The notes under the pieces were generated by a model. That model ran no database searches, was not told the origin of the DNA, and saw only the letters and a program-made list of their open reading frames with translations. From Camelus dromedarius (lineage: Eukaryota), in NCBI RefSeq assembly GCF_036321535.1, contig NC_087438.1, positions 2,234,001 to 2,298,000 on the forward strand: a stretch of DNA of 64,000 nt, in the 5' to 3' direction. This document shows, piece after piece, positions 62,061 to 64,000 of this stretch (its first letter is position 1; each line of letters opens with the position of its first letter). The position numbers were made by a program, and so were the translations under genes.

Positions 62061-62194
62061 TCAGGTCTGCAGTAAAGTTCAGGGAAGTTCCTTGCAGCTG
62101 AAGGATCAAACTATGGGTCTAAGACCCTTTCATGACTTGTGCTTTTCATAAAATGTGTTTTTTCAGACAAATCCAAATCAAATTTATTTAAAAC

Positions 62195-62300
62195 TCAAAT
62201 GTTGGACCCGAATCCATACGTAGTGAATCAGGAGATTTCTAGGCAAGAACCGTTCATTTTAACATGCTTTCCAAGGAATTCTGAAGCTTCAGAAGTTCAG
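62195..62300. mobile_element. MER5-like remnant
   Basis: 'gtgaatcaggagatttctagg...cattttaacatgctttccaaggaattctgaagc'. Confidence 0.45.
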
Positions 62301-64000
62301 GATAACATATGGACTTCCTGACTGGATTCTGAGGAGCCAGGAGTGAAAGATGAGCTTGGAAAGGAGACGAGCCTGGGCTCAGACTGGGCTGGAAAGTGGA
62401 AGCCAGAGGAGCGATAAATCCAGACAAAGGCCGCATCTAACATTTCAGCGGGAACGCTCCCTCTCTTCCAAAGGAAGCACTCAATTGCCTTAAAATAGCC
62501 TTTCTGGGCAAGAGAAGAGACCCACCGCTGCGCAGCTCCATCCAGGCTCAGGGACTGTGTTCCTACCTGAAGGCTGACGTATGAGGTGCTCAGGAGATGG
62601 ACCCACCTACTCGGCGATTGAGGGACCTGAGGGTATCCCAGCAGGGGAAGGAAGTGAATGTGACCGCTGATAAATGACCTCGTGCACCACCGAAGGATAC
62701 AAAGATGACGACCCAAGAGGCCATCTGTGAGCTGGGCTCGGGGTGGGATGAGACTAGATCGGAAAGACCCTTTGGAGGCAGAAGTGACGGGTCTTAGTCA
62801 GTGGAGGTATATGGCCACAGAAAGGCCGAGCTAAAAATAAGCATCCCTGTGGATGATAGTCGGGTATCGGAGGAGGAAACAGGTTTGGAGGCGGACAGAC
62901 TGATGGCTGGGAGGGAGGGACTACCGGATGATTCTTCCGGGCAGAAAATTCAGTGTTGATCTTAATAAGGCTCTGGGAGACCCGCAGGTTTGTTCTTCAG
63001 GTGGGAGACACTAAGGCTCGGAGAGGTGGTTTCTCCTCGGATCGCTTGGCTTGATGAAAAAAGGAAACCAATAATTCAAGGGGCAGGGAAGAATTTGCAG
63101 GAAGTCAACACAATCACACTGTTGAAGCAAACATATGTCATGGCAGGCAGGGCAGCTGTGTTCCAGCCCCGCGCGGAAAGAGCCTTGAGAAGCAGGAGCT
63201 TCCATCCTTGTGCGACGAGGGGACCTCCACGTGTGGCCGGGCAGATTTACACACACACAGCGCCCCACAAAGGCACATCTCTTCTGATAAGACTAACCTT
63301 CCTCGGGGGAAGAGTGTTAACACCAGGGTTTTAATGGAGCTTCTTCTAGTTAACTTCGCACCCAACCTGGTTGTTACACCGCGATATAATTAAGTGAGGT
63401 GCGAGCTCCCCAGAAATTACCTATGGACTTGACGAGCCTGTGGACTACCCAGCTGTTAACAAGCTTGCAGCGGCAGCTTTTTCCCCTCCTTCCTCCCTCC
63501 AGATAAAGCCAAGTCAACCACTGGAAGCAGGACAGGGCTTATCCCCAGTGAGGACGCCACGGGTGCTGATAAGGTATTAATTGACACTGAGCTTCTCCAT
63601 GGCTGATGGGAATCAATGATCTGTTTTGCACACACGTGCGCATTTACGGCGTTAGCAAGGGAAGCGTGTGGACAGAAGCCCAGCGCTCCTGTCCTGTGAT
63701 CCCGAGGAAGCTCCACCCCCACGTGGCCGTAGGGAGCTTTGTGCCGCAACACACGGAAGGGTGGCTACCTGCTTGACGGCTGCTGACTTCCTCTTCCCTC
63801 GTGATGCAGCTGTTAACTTGGTCTTTGGGTAACAGCCAACATTTTGATGCTGGGGGAGGCTTGCAAGGAAATGCCTGTCGTCTGTGTTAGTCATGATAAT
63901 AACGGTATTTGCCTTTATCTGACAGCGTTACTTTTCCCATACATCGGTGTCGTTCCAGATTTGTTTAATTTAACACTTTATACATCGTAAAGAATCAACT

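Overview
Mammalian genomic DNA, most likely a camelid. This is inferred from the style of the young LINE-1 3' ends and from the absence of ruminant, pig, cetacean, primate and carnivore SINEs. The background is GC- and CpG-rich, as in subtelomeric regions, and I recognise no known protein-coding gene. The window holds many ancient and lineage-specific interspersed repeats (L1, L2, MIR, MaLR/ERVL/ERV1 LTRs, hAT and mariner MITEs), several microsatellites and a ~1.1 kb G-rich minisatellite. There is a CpG island with a GC-box pentamer array at ~3.9-5.1 kb. Repeat-free, AT-rich, homeodomain-motif-rich blocks look like conserved developmental enhancers, densest at 9-12.3 kb. The best unexplained signal is a frame-consistent three-exon chain on the + strand just downstream of the CpG island (5.78-6.69 kb), with one in-frame TGA. 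It could be an unannotated small gene, a decayed gene or a lncRNA. Repeat family names come from remembered consensus sequences, not from a database search. I found no convincing evidence of a wholly new biological system.
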